A stretch of 64,000 nt of DNA from Escherichia phage CJY920. The notes under the pieces are model-generated. The model was given only the letters and a program-made list of their open reading frames with translations, ran no database searches and had not been told where the DNA came from. Location of the stretch: sequence record PQ349265.1; one strand, given 5' to 3'. Of this stretch, positions 9,925 to 19,514 are shown piece after piece. Positions within the stretch are counted from its first letter, which is position 1; each line of letters opens with the position of its first letter. The position numbers and the translations under genes are program-made.

Positions 9925-10136
9925 TGCTCGAAGGAACTGATTATATCCATGACTACCGCGGAAGCGCGGTATATGTAGGTGATGAGGTTGCAGTTTATTA
10001 CGGGTATGGAACTTTGATGACAGCAAAGGTTATTCAAATTAAAAATGGCCGTGCTAAACTCGAAGTTTATTATTCTAATGGTGAAAAGTCTATTTCTAAA
10101 TGGAAATACGGCGATTGCATGGTCAAATTGGGGTAA
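9921..10136 (+). CDS. hypothetical protein (71 aa)
   Basis: ATGA overlap with nrdC stop. Confidence 0.5.
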   Translation: MMLEGTDYIHDYRGSAVYVGDEVAVYYGYGTLMTAKVIQIKNGRAKLEVYYSNGEKSISKWKYGDCMVKLG

Positions 10137-10138
10137 AT

Positions 10139-10447
10139 ATGATTTATGATGTTGATGCAGTTCTGAGTGAAATCATCGAAGACCATGATGCATTTTCAGA
10201 AAATTATGATTTCGATTTTTCGGATTATCTTAAACCTGTCGAAATAGAAGATTGGGTACAAGATGGCAAATGCCAATATCGGCAGTGCGTTTATTTTAGT
10301 CCAAAACATAATGTACATGTTTCCGTAAATGAATCTCGCTCAGGTTCTTACCATTCTGACTGGTATTATGCAGTTCCGACTGTTGAACTAGTCGAGCCCC
10401 GTGAACGTGTAATAACTCAGACAATACGAGAATGGATTACGCTATAA
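10139..10447 (+). CDS. hypothetical protein (102 aa)
   Basis: ATG just after upstream stop. Confidence 0.5.
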   Translation: MIYDVDAVLSEIIEDHDAFSENYDFDFSDYLKPVEIEDWVQDGKCQYRQCVYFSPKHNVHVSVNESRSGSYHSDWYYAVPTVELVEPRERVITQTIREWITL

Positions 10448-10570
10448 AACCCTGGTGGGCGGCTAGATGGGAAACTGTAGAGCCAGAGCCGGAAGAACCG
10501 GTTTACACTGATGAAGAAACAGTATATAATGAACCTACAATAAATGACTTAATTGATATGGAGATGGGAC

Positions 10571-11017
10571 ATGATTACAGTAGATAAGTGGTTTAGAATT
10601 AATCGTGCTGATATAGGGCTGTGTAATTACTGGCCGGAACTTAGTGCAGATACTGTCTTTAAAGTTCGTGAACTTGTAAAAGAATGTGAAGATGATATAG
10701 AACCTGATATTGGAATTATTGAAATTGAACTTTCTGATGGAAAGATTATTAACATTTACGATAAGCCAATTACATATTGGTGCTTGTGGAATACTGAATC
10801 AGTAGAAAATGGCGAAATTGAAGAAGTTGTAGAACGAGTTGATCAAGCTATTCATAAACCTAAAGCCGCTTTTCAAGGTGAACGCATTTCATATGCATTA
10901 GCTAAATTAGCTGCGCAAGAAAACAACGATGGCTATGAAGGAAATTTAATGCAAGCTGCGGCAGAATATATTGAATGGCTTGAAACTCAAATTTCTTTTT
11001 CTGACCGAGCGTTTTAA
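10571..11017 (+). CDS. hypothetical protein (148 aa; syntenic with T4 pin/49.x region)
   Basis: ATG preceded by GGAG; track ORF trimmed. Confidence 0.5.
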   Translation: MITVDKWFRINRADIGLCNYWPELSADTVFKVRELVKECEDDIEPDIGIIEIELSDGKIINIYDKPITYWCLWNTESVENGEIEEVVERVDQAIHKPKAAFQGERISYALAKLAAQENNDGYEGNLMQAAAEYIEWLETQISFSDRAF

Positions 11018-11066
11018 TACTTGAAAATAATAAATACCCTTATCTATTTAAGGTAAGGGTTTTATT

Positions 11067-11540
11067 ATGTTATTGACTGGCAAATTATATAAAGAAGAAA
11101 AACAGAAATTTTATGATGCACAAAACGGTAAATGCTTAATTTGCCAACGAGAACTAAATCCTGATGTTCAAGCTAATCACCTTGACCATGACCATGAATT
11201 AAATGGACCGAAAGCTGGAAAGGTACGTGGGTTGCTCTGTAATCTATGTAATGCTGCAGAAGGTCAAATGAAACACAAATTTAATCGTTCTGGCTTAAAG
11301 GGACAAGGCGTTGATTATCTTGAATGGTTAGAAAATTTACTTACTTATTTAAAATCAGATTACACCCAAAATAATATTCACCCTAACTTTGTTGGAGATA
11401 AATCAAAGGAATTTTCTCGTTTAGGAAAAGAGGAAATGATGGCTGAGATGCTTCAAAGAGGATTTGAATATAATGAATCTGACACTAAAACACAATTAAT
11501 AGCTTCATTTAAGAAGCAGCTTAGAAAGAGTTTAAAATGA
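11067..11540 (+). CDS. 49: endonuclease VII (Holliday junction resolvase)
   Basis: 157 aa, HLDHDHELNGPKAGKVRGLLCNLCN zinc/HNH-like core; matches remembered T4 gp49. Confidence 0.9.
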   Translation: MLLTGKLYKEEKQKFYDAQNGKCLICQRELNPDVQANHLDHDHELNGPKAGKVRGLLCNLCNAAEGQMKHKFNRSGLKGQGVDYLEWLENLLTYLKSDYTQNNIHPNFVGDKSKEFSRLGKEEMMAEMLQRGFEYNESDTKTQLIASFKKQLRKSLK

Positions 11541-11869
11541 CAATTGAAAAAGAAATTGAAGGATTAACTATAACTGGAGGTGACCCTCTTTATCCTGATA
11601 ACCGAGATGTTGTTCATTGCATTGTTCAAACAGTAAAAAATCTTTATCCGAATAAAAGCATTTGGTTGTGGACAGGATATAAGTTTGAAGATATTAAACA
11701 ACTAGAAATGCTTAAATATGTTGATGTTATTATTGATGGGAAGTATGAGAAAAATCTTCCGACCAAAAAGCTGTGGCGAGGTTCAGATAATCAGCGACTT
11801 TGGTCAAATACCGATGGGGTGTGGAAACATGATTTTTCATTTTGGTCCAGAATTTTATTCGCAGTATAG
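11537..11869 (+). pseudogene. nrdG: truncated nrdG (anaerobic RNR activase) remnant lacking radical-SAM N-terminus
   Basis: LTITGGDPLYP...IWLWTGYKFED...IDGKYE...LWRGSDNQ aligns to NrdG C-terminal two-thirds; no CxxxCxxC part; ATGA overlap with gene 49. Confidence 0.55.
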
Positions 11870-11911
11870 TTTAGTGCTTATCAATGCTTGGTTAATCAAT
11901 TAAGGGTAAAT

Positions 11912-12127
11912 ATGTATAAATTTCGTAAAGGTTTAGCTGATTTTCTTACAACCGTAACATTCTTTTTGTTTATGGCAGTTGGAGCTATTTTCCTTATTCC
12001 TTTTATTGCTATATTTTTCGTGATTAGCTTAATTTCTCCAGAAAAAGGCTTATCTTCTAGCGAGTTTAATGAGCGTCTGGATAAAATTACTAACAAACTG
12101 AATGCTGTTCTTGATAAAAAGGCTTAA
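11912..12127 (+). CDS. small membrane protein (71 aa)
   Basis: ATG after AAGGG; long hydrophobic segment. Confidence 0.5.
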   Translation: MYKFRKGLADFLTTVTFFLFMAVGAIFLIPFIAIFFVISLISPEKGLSSSEFNERLDKITNKLNAVLDKKA

Positions 12128-12129
12128 TT

Positions 12130-12441
12130 ATGATTAGTTTTGAGCGGTACGTGGTAGAGAGTTGGAAGGGTTTTGATATGTTCGGTAATGACTATTATTT
12201 CTATGAATGTAGTCTAAATCCTAGTTTTTGGGCTGGACGAGAACGAGAACTTGAAGAAATTAATAACCGTGCTGAATTGTTAGGTGAATTACCTACGGTT
12301 TATTTTACCTTTGATGCATCTGGATTTGTTATCCAGGTTTATTTTCCTGAAGAAAATTCTGGCGATGATTCTGTTAACCCGCCATACTGGGCTTATCAAG
12401 GAATTATTTCTCGTGGAACAAAACTCGAACTTAAAGAATAA
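12130..12441 (+). CDS. hypothetical protein (103 aa)
   Basis: track ORF. Confidence 0.55.
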   Translation: MISFERYVVESWKGFDMFGNDYYFYECSLNPSFWAGRERELEEINNRAELLGELPTVYFTFDASGFVIQVYFPEENSGDDSVNPPYWAYQGIISRGTKLELKE

Positions 12442-12736
12442 GATTGAAGTCTATGGAATTCCAGATGAAGTAGGTCGTTGTCCTGGATGTCAATCAGTTA
12501 CAAAACTTCTAAAGGAGCTCAATGCTCCTTTTACTTTCTATAAAGTTCTTACAAATAATGGTAAGATTGAGTATGATCGCCCACTGATTGTATCTCTTGC
12601 TAAACGAGCTGGATTCACATCTCTTAACATTCGTTATCCAGTCATTTTCATCAATGATTCTAGACAAAAGAACATTAAACACTTCAAAGAAACTCTCATT
12701 TCACTTGGATATGATAGAGATATCATAGAAGACTAA
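12365..12736 (+). CDS. glutaredoxin/NrdH-like redoxin (start uncertain)
   Basis: KIEVYGIPDEVGRCPGCQ thioredoxin-fold N-terminus with CxxC; domain begins right after stop of upstream ORF with no ATG at the domain start. Confidence 0.45.
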   Translation: MILLTRHTGLIKELFLVEQNSNLKNKIEVYGIPDEVGRCPGCQSVTKLLKELNAPFTFYKVLTNNGKIEYDRPLIVSLAKRAGFTSLNIRYPVIFINDSRQKNIKHFKETLISLGYDRDIIED

Positions 12737-12739
12737 GAC

Positions 12740-12762
12740 GGGCCCTCTGGGCCTTTCTTTTT
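12740..12762 (+). terminator. intrinsic terminator hairpin plus T-run
   Basis: ggccc-tct-gggcc followed by tttcttttt. Confidence 0.55.
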
Positions 12763-12834
12763 CACATTCTGTATATTACCATTCTAAGCTATCGTTCCCT
12801 TCTTATCATTCCCTAAAATAATTTTCACAAAGTT

Positions 12835-12864
12835 GTTTACAAGAAGTTCAAACTGTGGTATTAT
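12835..12864 (+). promoter_or_regulatory. early sigma70-type promoter
   Basis: GTTTAC -35, TGTGGTATTAT extended -10. Confidence 0.55.
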
Positions 12865-12894
12865 TAACATATGAATTGCCTTTGAGGATTTGAT

Positions 12895-13070
12895 ATGGTT
12901 GATAAAGAGATTAAAAGGGATCAGTATTATCGAGTTAACGGACATATTGTTATTGTTACAGCAGTAGATGATCTAGATGTTCATTATACTGTGCTTAAAT
13001 GGAACAAACACATGATTTGTGACCGTGCTGTATTTAGTTCAGTTGCTAAGGAAATTAAACTCCATGGGTA
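12895..13070 (+). CDS. hypothetical protein (58 aa)
   Basis: first ORF after promoter; below track threshold. Confidence 0.4.
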
Positions 13071-13357
13071 AAACGTATCGTCGTAAAGATTTAAAAGTAC
13101 GTGATTATGACTATTTCGGAAAGCGTAAAGCTCCTGATGGTGTAAGTCATAAAGATATGGTTGAAAACATTTTTCGCTCAGATAAATGGCGTAGAATGAA
13201 AGGCATTGATTCAGAAGTTAAAGATGAGCTAAACCGTCAATTGCGTAGTGAAGTAAGAAAGTTGAAAAAATCAGTTTACATTGACGATGATTTTGATTAC
13301 AATACTTCTCAACGAGTTGCTAAGCGTAAATCAAACGAGTGCTATCGTTACAGCTGA
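13064..13357 (+). CDS. hypothetical basic protein (97 aa)
   Basis: ATG overlapping upstream stop; Lys/Arg-rich. Confidence 0.5.
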   Translation: MGKTYRRKDLKVRDYDYFGKRKAPDGVSHKDMVENIFRSDKWRRMKGIDSEVKDELNRQLRSEVRKLKKSVYIDDDFDYNTSQRVAKRKSNECYRYS

Positions 13358-13364
13358 GGAAAAT

Positions 13365-13565
13365 ATGAATCCTGAATCTAAATTATCGCAACGAATTGCT
13401 GAAGCTCGTCGTCAGTTCTTTGAAAATATGATAGCCCAGGGTATTGATGACGAAGTCTTTCTGAACTGGTTTTGGAATCACAAATATTCAAAATGCGCAG
13501 GAGCAATATTAATATCAGCTGCAATGATGTACGAAGGCTGGAAGGGTGCCAAACAGTTTAGCTAA
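13365..13565 (+). CDS. hypothetical protein (66 aa)
   Basis: ATG after GAGGAAAAT; track ORF trimmed. Confidence 0.45.
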   Translation: MNPESKLSQRIAEARRQFFENMIAQGIDDEVFLNWFWNHKYSKCAGAILISAAMMYEGWKGAKQFS

Positions 13566-13583
13566 GGGCTTCGGCCCTTTTTT
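13564..13583 (+). terminator. intrinsic terminator (UUCG hairpin plus T-run)
   Basis: agggc-ttcg-gccct followed by ttttt. Confidence 0.65.
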
Positions 13584-13618
13584 GGATAATAAAATTTTAA
13601 TGCAATTGAGGATAATGT

Positions 13619-13945
13619 ATGACTATTCAAATTAAAAACGCCATCAATTCTTACGCATATGATAAAGTAGTTTCTCTGCTAGAAAAAGGCGATATTGTAA
13701 CTCCTCAAATTTTGGATAAATGGGAAAAAGAGCTTCATCAGACGATGAAACAGAATGATCAGAAAATTGGACGCAATACTATCCGTGAATTGTTGGTTCA
13801 GTATATCTTGTCAGAATTTGATGTTAAAGCTTTTGGCGTAGAATCTAAAGCTTATCAAAAGCATGAAATTTCTGATAAAACTATTCGTCGTATGAAAAAT
13901 CAACGCAAGAAAAAATTTGCTGACCTGAAAATTACTAAGGTATGA
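13619..13945 (+). CDS. hypothetical protein (108 aa)
   Basis: track ORF with SD. Confidence 0.55.
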   Translation: MTIQIKNAINSYAYDKVVSLLEKGDIVTPQILDKWEKELHQTMKQNDQKIGRNTIRELLVQYILSEFDVKAFGVESKAYQKHEISDKTIRRMKNQRKKKFADLKITKV

Positions 13946-14163
13946 ATATGAACGAAGCTCTTATTAATGATTTACGTCTTGCCGGATATGAAGTAAATAC
14001 AAACGGCAGTGGTTTAACTCAAATTGAAGGAAATGGATTTATTCTTGAGTATGAATTTAGCCAATGGTGGTTATATGCTAATTACGGCGAATTGATTGAA
14101 TACGTTGACCAATTTGATTCACTAGATGCAGCTCTTGAAACGGCTAAGTTGATGAATGCATGA
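13942..14163 (+). CDS. hypothetical protein (73 aa)
   Basis: ATGA overlap. Confidence 0.5.
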   Translation: MNMNEALINDLRLAGYEVNTNGSGLTQIEGNGFILEYEFSQWWLYANYGELIEYVDQFDSLDAALETAKLMNA

Positions 14164-14429
14164 AATTTATTAATATTTCTATTACTATTGAAAATTATGG
14201 AATTTTCTATGTTGACCAATATATGAAAATTTCATTTTTCCCAAATAAGACTGGTGTTGGATATTGGGAAAGCCATGTTTCTGAATTAAATGAAAGTGAA
14301 TATGTTAGCACACATGAAAAGTTTTTAGACTTTTTATATCATGCTGATTTAACTAGTCATTACATAGATATTCATGAATTTAAAAAGATGATGGAGAAAG
14401 TGTTCCAAGCATACTGTTTACTTAGATAA
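14160..14429 (+). CDS. hypothetical protein (89 aa)
   Basis: ATGA overlap. Confidence 0.5.
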   Translation: MKFINISITIENYGIFYVDQYMKISFFPNKTGVGYWESHVSELNESEYVSTHEKFLDFLYHADLTSHYIDIHEFKKMMEKVFQAYCLLR

Positions 14430-14507
14430 CTGATATCCTCTATGCTTTAAGATAGATCTTCAAATATTATGATATAATAGATCTATGAATTGAGCTAAGA
14501 GGTGAAA

Positions 14508-15065
14508 ATGTCAGAAACTAAGCCTAAATATAATTACGTAAACAATAAAGAGCTTTTACAAGCTATTATTGATTGGAAAACAGAATTAGCAAATAATAAA
14601 GACCCAAATAAAGTAGTTCGTCAGAATGATACTATCGGATTAGCCATTATGCTTATTGCAGAAGGCTTATCTAAACGTTTCAACTTTTCAGGATACACCC
14701 AATCCTGGAAACAAGAAATGATTGCAGATGGTATAGAAGCTTCTATTAAGGGGCTTCATAATTTTGATGAAACGAAATATAAAAACCCACATGCATATAT
14801 AACTCAAGCTTGTTTTAATGCATTCGTCCAACGTATTAAAAAAGAACGTAAGGAAGTTGCAAAGAAATATAGTTACTTCGTTCACAATGTCTATGACAGT
14901 CGTGACGACGATATGGTTGCGTTAGTAGATGAAACTTTTATTCAAGACATCTACGATAAAATGACGCATTACGAAGAATCAACCTATAGAACACCAGGGG
15001 CTGAAAAGAAAAGTGTTGTAGACGATTCTCCTAGTTTGGATTTTTTATATGAGGCTAACGATTAA
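14508..15065 (+). CDS. 55: late-transcription sigma factor gp55
   Basis: 185 aa [23 protein letters not shown]...; matches remembered T4 gp55; GAGGTG SD. Confidence 0.9.
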
Positions 15066-15267
15066 CCTCTCCGGATTCTTGGAAGAAATACCTGAAGTTG
15101 AAGCTATTCCCTATTTACTTAAAATGTATCTCAGGGAAGTTTTAGCTCTTGACATTGATATTGATCCAGAAAATCCGTATGATACCGCTTTTAAATCTAA
15201 TGGTGTAGAATTAAACTATCGGTATCATTTAACAGATGATGATTTTTATTTTATATTAGAGAAATAA
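15049..15267 (+). CDS. hypothetical protein (72 aa)
   Basis: track ORF overlapping end of gene 55. Confidence 0.4.
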
Positions 15268-15268
15268 T

Positions 15269-15586
15269 ATGACTGATAAACCCGAAATTAATGATGAAGT
15301 GGAAAAGCTTATTTCTTCTATTGAAGAAAAGAACCGTCTTGAAGCAGAAAGAAAAGCAAATAAGTTATTGTCTAAAAATAAGCGCGAACTGAACCGTCTT
15401 TATAAACACGCTCAGATTGCAGCTGAAAACAATAATTTTGCTCAATACGAATATGCTATCAAGAAAAGTCGGGATATTCTAAAACAGCCATATAACGATG
15501 AACTCATTAGTATTCTTTGGAAGACTACTAGATCGCAGATTGAGGATATGATTGATGCTTACACACGTAAAATTCAAGCGTCTTAA
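15269..15586 (+). CDS. hypothetical protein (105 aa)
   Basis: track ORF. Confidence 0.5.
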   Translation: MTDKPEINDEVEKLISSIEEKNRLEAERKANKLLSKNKRELNRLYKHAQIAAENNNFAQYEYAIKKSRDILKQPYNDELISILWKTTRSQIEDMIDAYTRKIQAS

Positions 15587-15758
15587 AATTAATGCAGGAT
15601 TTACTGAATCTTTGAATGGTCATCTTTGTGTGAAAATTTCTGAAAAAGAATACCATGATACTTCAATTAAAGAAGTTAATCCTCCTATTGTAAGAGCAGA
15701 CCCTAATATGAAAGTGTGGGTTGATTCTTATCAAGTCAAAAAATGGTGGCAACTGTGA
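15552..15758 (+). CDS. hypothetical protein (68 aa)
   Basis: track ORF. Confidence 0.4.
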   Translation: MMLTHVKFKRLKINAGFTESLNGHLCVKISEKEYHDTSIKEVNPPIVRADPNMKVWVDSYQVKKWWQL

Positions 15759-15761
15759 AAG

Positions 15762-15935
15762 ATGAACATCCAGACTTCTGAAATAGATTATAATAAAATT
15801 CGTTCCTCTAAAGAGGAAATGATGAGACGTTTTAAAGAGTCTTATGATAAAGCTAAAGCCGAAGGAACTATTACGTACAAGCCCATTCGATTTAAAAGTT
15901 CAAATGAGCCTCTGTATGACGTATTATGCGGATAG
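15762..15935 (+). CDS. hypothetical protein (57 aa)
   Basis: short ORF below track threshold. Confidence 0.35.
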   Translation: MNIQTSEIDYNKIRSSKEEMMRRFKESYDKAKAEGTITYKPIRFKSSNEPLYDVLCG

Positions 15936-15950
15936 GAGCTTCGGCTCCTA

Positions 15951-15977
15951 TATTGCTTTATAAATTTTTGGTAAAAT
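15951..15977 (+). promoter_or_regulatory. candidate MotA-dependent middle promoter
   Basis: TGCTTTA MotA-box-like, about 11 nt, TAAAAT; preceded by UUCG hairpin at about 15935-15948. Confidence 0.4.
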
Positions 15978-16001
15978 AAACCAAAACAAAGAGGATATTA
16001 A

Positions 16002-16796
16002 ATGAATTATTTAAACATATATAATTCACTGATCGAAAAAGGACTAAACAGATGCAATGATAAAAGTCTTTTGACATACTATACTGAAACCCATCATATA
16101 ATTCCTAAATGCATGGGTGGTACAGATGATAAAACTAATTTAGTTCTTTTGACGCCAGAAGAACATTTTACCGCGCATTTATTGTTATTTAAAATTTATA
16201 GACTTCCTAAATTGGCTTTAGCTATTCGTATGATGTGTTATAGTTCTGACGGAACAAGACTAAATAATAAAATGTATGGATGGATTAAAACAGCTGTATC
16301 TTCCTCAATATCGGAAAGCATGAAAGAGTTCTGGAAAGATGATAATAATAAAAAATATATGTCTAACGCTAGACGAAATACTGGAAAACCAATTTATCAA
16401 TATGATTTAAATGGAAATTTTATTCGCAAATATAGATGTATTACAGACGCTGCAGAAGATATGTCATATAGATGTTCAAGTTCAATTAAACAGTGCGTAG
16501 ATGGGAAAAGGAAAACCGCTGGAGGATTTCAATGGAAATATTATTATTTTGATAACATAGGAAAGCCCTCTACGATGTCTAACACAACTAGACAAAAAAT
16601 GTCTAAGTCTAAACGTGGGATAACTCAGAAAAGAAATGTGCCAGTATTTCAATATGATACTGCTGGAAAATTATTACGAGTATTTCCTAAAATTAAAGAC
16701 GCAGCTGAATCCGTTAAAGGATGCATGTCTAATATTAAAAAGTGTATATCCGGAAAAAGTAAAATTGCTTATGGATACGTTTGGGCTTATTCGTAA
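16002..16796 (+). CDS. Mob-type HNH homing endonuclease (MobB-like by position)
   Basis: MNYLNIYNSLIEKG..., HHIIPKCMGG...NLVLLTPEEHFTAH; two C-terminal NUMOD1-like repeats. Confidence 0.8.
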   Translation: MNYLNIYNSLIEKGLNRCNDKSLLTYYTETHHIIPKCMGGTDDKTNLVLLTPEEHFTAHLLLFKIYRLPKLALAIRMMCYSSDGTRLNNKMYGWIKTAVSSSISESMKEFWKDDNNKKYMSNARRNTGKPIYQYDLNGNFIRKYRCITDAAEDMSYRCSSSIKQCVDGKRKTAGGFQWKYYYFDNIGKPSTMSNTTRQKMSKSKRGITQKRNVPVFQYDTAGKLLRVFPKIKDAAESVKGCMSNIKKCISGKSKIAYGYVWAYS

Positions 16797-16855
16797 TGCT
16801 TTTATAGTAAATAAAATGTTATTTACATAACTTATTAAATGGAAAGAGGAACTAT

Positions 16856-18058
16856 ATGCGTATTTGCATTTTTATGGCTCGAGGTCTTGAAGGTTGTGGT
16901 GTAACTAAATTTTCTCTTGAGCAACGTGATTGGTTTATTAAAAATGGTCATGAAGTGACTTTGGTTTATGCTAAAGATAAATCATTTACCCGTAATTGCG
17001 CGCATGATTATAAATCATTTTCAATTCCAGTTTTATTGGCAAAAGAATACGATAAAACACTTAAGCTGGTAAATGATTGTGATATTCTAATTATCAATTC
17101 AGTTCCTGCTTCTTCAGTCGAAGAAGACACTATTAATAACTATAAAAAAATTATTGATAACATTAAACCTTCGGTTCGTGTTGTAGTTTATCAGCATGAC
17201 CATTCTTCTCTTTCTTTGCGCCGAAATTTGGGATTAGAAGAAACTGTTCGTCGAGCTGATGTTATTTTTAGCCATTCTGATAATGGTGATTTTAATAAAG
17301 TTCTGATGAAAGAATGGTATCCAGAAACTGTTTCTCTGTTTGATGATATTGAAGAAGCACCGACAGTATATAACTTTCAGCCTCCTATGGATATTGCGAA
17401 GGTTCGGTCAACCTACTGGAAAGATGTTTCTGAAATTAATATGAATGTCAACCGTTGGATTGGTCGTACGACTACATGGAAAGGTTTTTATCAGATGTTT
17501 GATTTTCACGAAAAACATCTTAAACCTGCTGGGCTAAGTACTATTATGGAAGGTCTGGAACGTTCTCCAGCGTTCATTCCTATTAAAGAAAAAGGAATTC
17601 CATACGAGTATTATCGTCTTCACCAAGTAGACCAAATTAAAATTGCTCCTAATTTGCCGACGCAAATTCTCGACCGTTATGTAAATAGCGAAATGCTTGA
17701 ACGCATGAGTAAATCCGGATTTGGTTATCAGCTGAGTAAGTTGGACAAAAAATATCTACAACGTTCTTTAGAATATACTCATCTTGAATTAGGTGCTTGC
17801 GGTACAATTCCTGTTTTCTGGAAATCTACTGGCGAAAATTTAAAATTCCGTGTTGATAATACTCCTTTGACCTCACATGATAGCGGTATCATTTGGTTTG
17901 ATGAAAATGACATGGAATCAACATTTGAACGTATTAAAGAATTGTCATCTGACCGAGCTCTTTATGACCGTGAGCGAGAAAAAGCATATGAATTTTTGTA
18001 TCAGCATCAAGATTCAAGCTTCTGCTTTAAAGAACAGTTTGACATTATTACAAAATAA
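16856..18058 (+). CDS. a-gt: DNA alpha-glucosyltransferase
   Basis: 400 aa MRICIFMARGLEGCGVTKFSLEQRDWFIKNGHEV...; matches remembered T4 alpha-gt. Confidence 0.9.
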   Translation: MRICIFMARGLEGCGVTKFSLEQRDWFIKNGHEVTLVYAKDKSFTRNCAHDYKSFSIPVLLAKEYDKTLKLVNDCDILIINSVPASSVEEDTINNYKKIIDNIKPSVRVVVYQHDHSSLSLRRNLGLEETVRRADVIFSHSDNGDFNKVLMKEWYPETVSLFDDIEEAPTVYNFQPPMDIAKVRSTYWKDVSEINMNVNRWIGRTTTWKGFYQMFDFHEKHLKPAGLSTIMEGLERSPAFIPIKEKGIPYEYYRLHQVDQIKIAPNLPTQILDRYVNSEMLERMSKSGFGYQLSKLDKKYLQRSLEYTHLELGACGTIPVFWKSTGENLKFRVDNTPLTSHDSGIIWFDENDMESTFERIKELSSDRALYDREREKAYEFLYQHQDSSFCFKEQFDIITK

Positions 18059-18075
18059 AGGGCTTCGGCCCTTTA
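18059..18075 (+). terminator. UUCG hairpin (terminator/RNA stability element)
   Basis: agggc-ttcg-gccct then ttt. Confidence 0.5.
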
Positions 18076-18099
18076 GCTTTATACGGAGTTTGATATAAT
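18072..18099 (+). promoter_or_regulatory. candidate MotA-dependent middle promoter
   Basis: AGCTTTA box-like overlapping hairpin tail, 12 nt, TATAAT. Confidence 0.4.
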
Positions 18100-18234
18100 G
18101 ATATTTCTTGGATATGTGATACTTTTTCTTGCATTTTATCTGCTCACTAGAGCATGTTGGATTGGGTTCTTTAGCACTCCAGATGGATTTATTGCAATAA
18201 TTTTATTTTGCATTTCAATGACGGTTCTTGATAT

Positions 18235-19254
18235 ATGAAAATTTTAAATTTAGGTGATTGGCATTTAGGCGTTAAAGCTGATGATGAGTGGATTCGCGGT
18301 ATTCAAATTGATGGAATTAAGCAAGCGATAGAATATTCTAAGAAAAACGGAATTACTGTATGGATTCAATATGGTGATATTTTTGATGTGCGAAAAGCGA
18401 TCACGCATAAAACTATGGAGTTTGCTCGCGAAATAGTTCAAATGCTTGATGACGTTGGAATCACATTACATACTATTGTAGGAAATCACGATCTCCACTA
18501 TAAAAATGTAATGCATCCAAATGCTTCTACTGAACTTTTGGCTAAATACCCTAATGTTAAAGTATATGATAAGCCTACTACAGTAGATTTTGACGGATGT
18601 TTGATTGATTTAATTCCTTGGATGTGCGAAGAAAATACTGGTGAAATTCTTGAACACATCAAAACTTCATCTGCTTCCTTCTGTGTCGGTCACTGGGAAC
18701 TGAATGGATTTTATTTTTATAAAGGAATGAAATCTCACGGTCTTGAACCTGATTTCCTTAAGACTTATAAAGAAGTGTGGTCTGGTCACTTCCATACTAT
18801 CTCTGAGGCTGCTAACGTCAGATATATTGGGACACCATGGACACTAACTGCAGGTGACGAGAATGACCCTCGTGGGTTCTGGATGTTTGATACAGAAACA
18901 GAACGAATGGAATTTATTCCAAACAGCACTACCTGGCATCGTCGAATTCAATATCCATTTAAGGGAAAAATTGACTATAAAGATTTTACAAATCTGTCAG
19001 TACGTGTTATAGTAACTGAGGTAGACAAAAATCTGACAAAGTTCGAATCTGAACTAGAAAAAGTTGTGCATTCATTACGAGTTGTGTCAAAGATTGATAA
19101 CTCTGTCGAGTCAGATGATAGCGAAGAAGTTGAAGTTCAATCTCTTCAGACGTTGATGGAAGAATACATTAATGCAATTCCAGACATCACTGATTCTGAC
19201 CGTGAAGCACTTATTCAATATGCAAATCAGTTATATGTAGAGGCAACACAATGA
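18235..19254 (+). CDS. 47: recombination nuclease subunit gp47 (Mre11-like)
   Basis: 339 aa; phosphoesterase motifs (GDWH, GNHD, GHFH); synteny next to gene 46. Confidence 0.9.
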   Translation: MKILNLGDWHLGVKADDEWIRGIQIDGIKQAIEYSKKNGITVWIQYGDIFDVRKAITHKTMEFAREIVQMLDDVGITLHTIVGNHDLHYKNVMHPNASTELLAKYPNVKVYDKPTTVDFDGCLIDLIPWMCEENTGEILEHIKTSSASFCVGHWELNGFYFYKGMKSHGLEPDFLKTYKEVWSGHFHTISEAANVRYIGTPWTLTAGDENDPRGFWMFDTETERMEFIPNSTTWHRRIQYPFKGKIDYKDFTNLSVRVIVTEVDKNLTKFESELEKVVHSLRVVSKIDNSVESDDSEEVEVQSLQTLMEEYINAIPDITDSDREALIQYANQLYVEATQ

Positions 19255-19514
19255 CTTTTGATGAATTTAAAAATGTTATGATGAGTCAGCATTTTGAATG
19301 CGAAGTAAAAGATGATATTGGGCATAAAGAAATTATTGAATATTGGTTTGAACCACTAGAGGTTGAAGATAATTGTATTAAAAAGGTTACGGTCTGTACT
19401 GACTGGGCTGTATCTTTTAACTTCAACATTTTAGATAATGACACACCTAAATCATTACAAGATATGGCTGTATCTTATATTAAGGATGCATACTGTGAAG
19501 TTTTCGACATTTGA
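19251..19514 (+). CDS. hypothetical protein (87 aa)
   Basis: ATGA overlap with gene 47. Confidence 0.5.
   Translation: MTFDEFKNVMMSQHFECEVKDDIGHKEIIEYWFEPLEVEDNCIKKVTVCTDWAVSFNFNILDNDTPKSLQDMAVSYIKDAYCEVFDI

Noticed and set aside
12284-12440. N-terminal extension of the glutaredoxin-like ORF as given in the track
   Set aside because: Overlaps the better-looking 12130 ORF in another frame and is Leu/Ile-rich junk-like sequence; the GTG at 12284 is just the first in-frame start after a stop.
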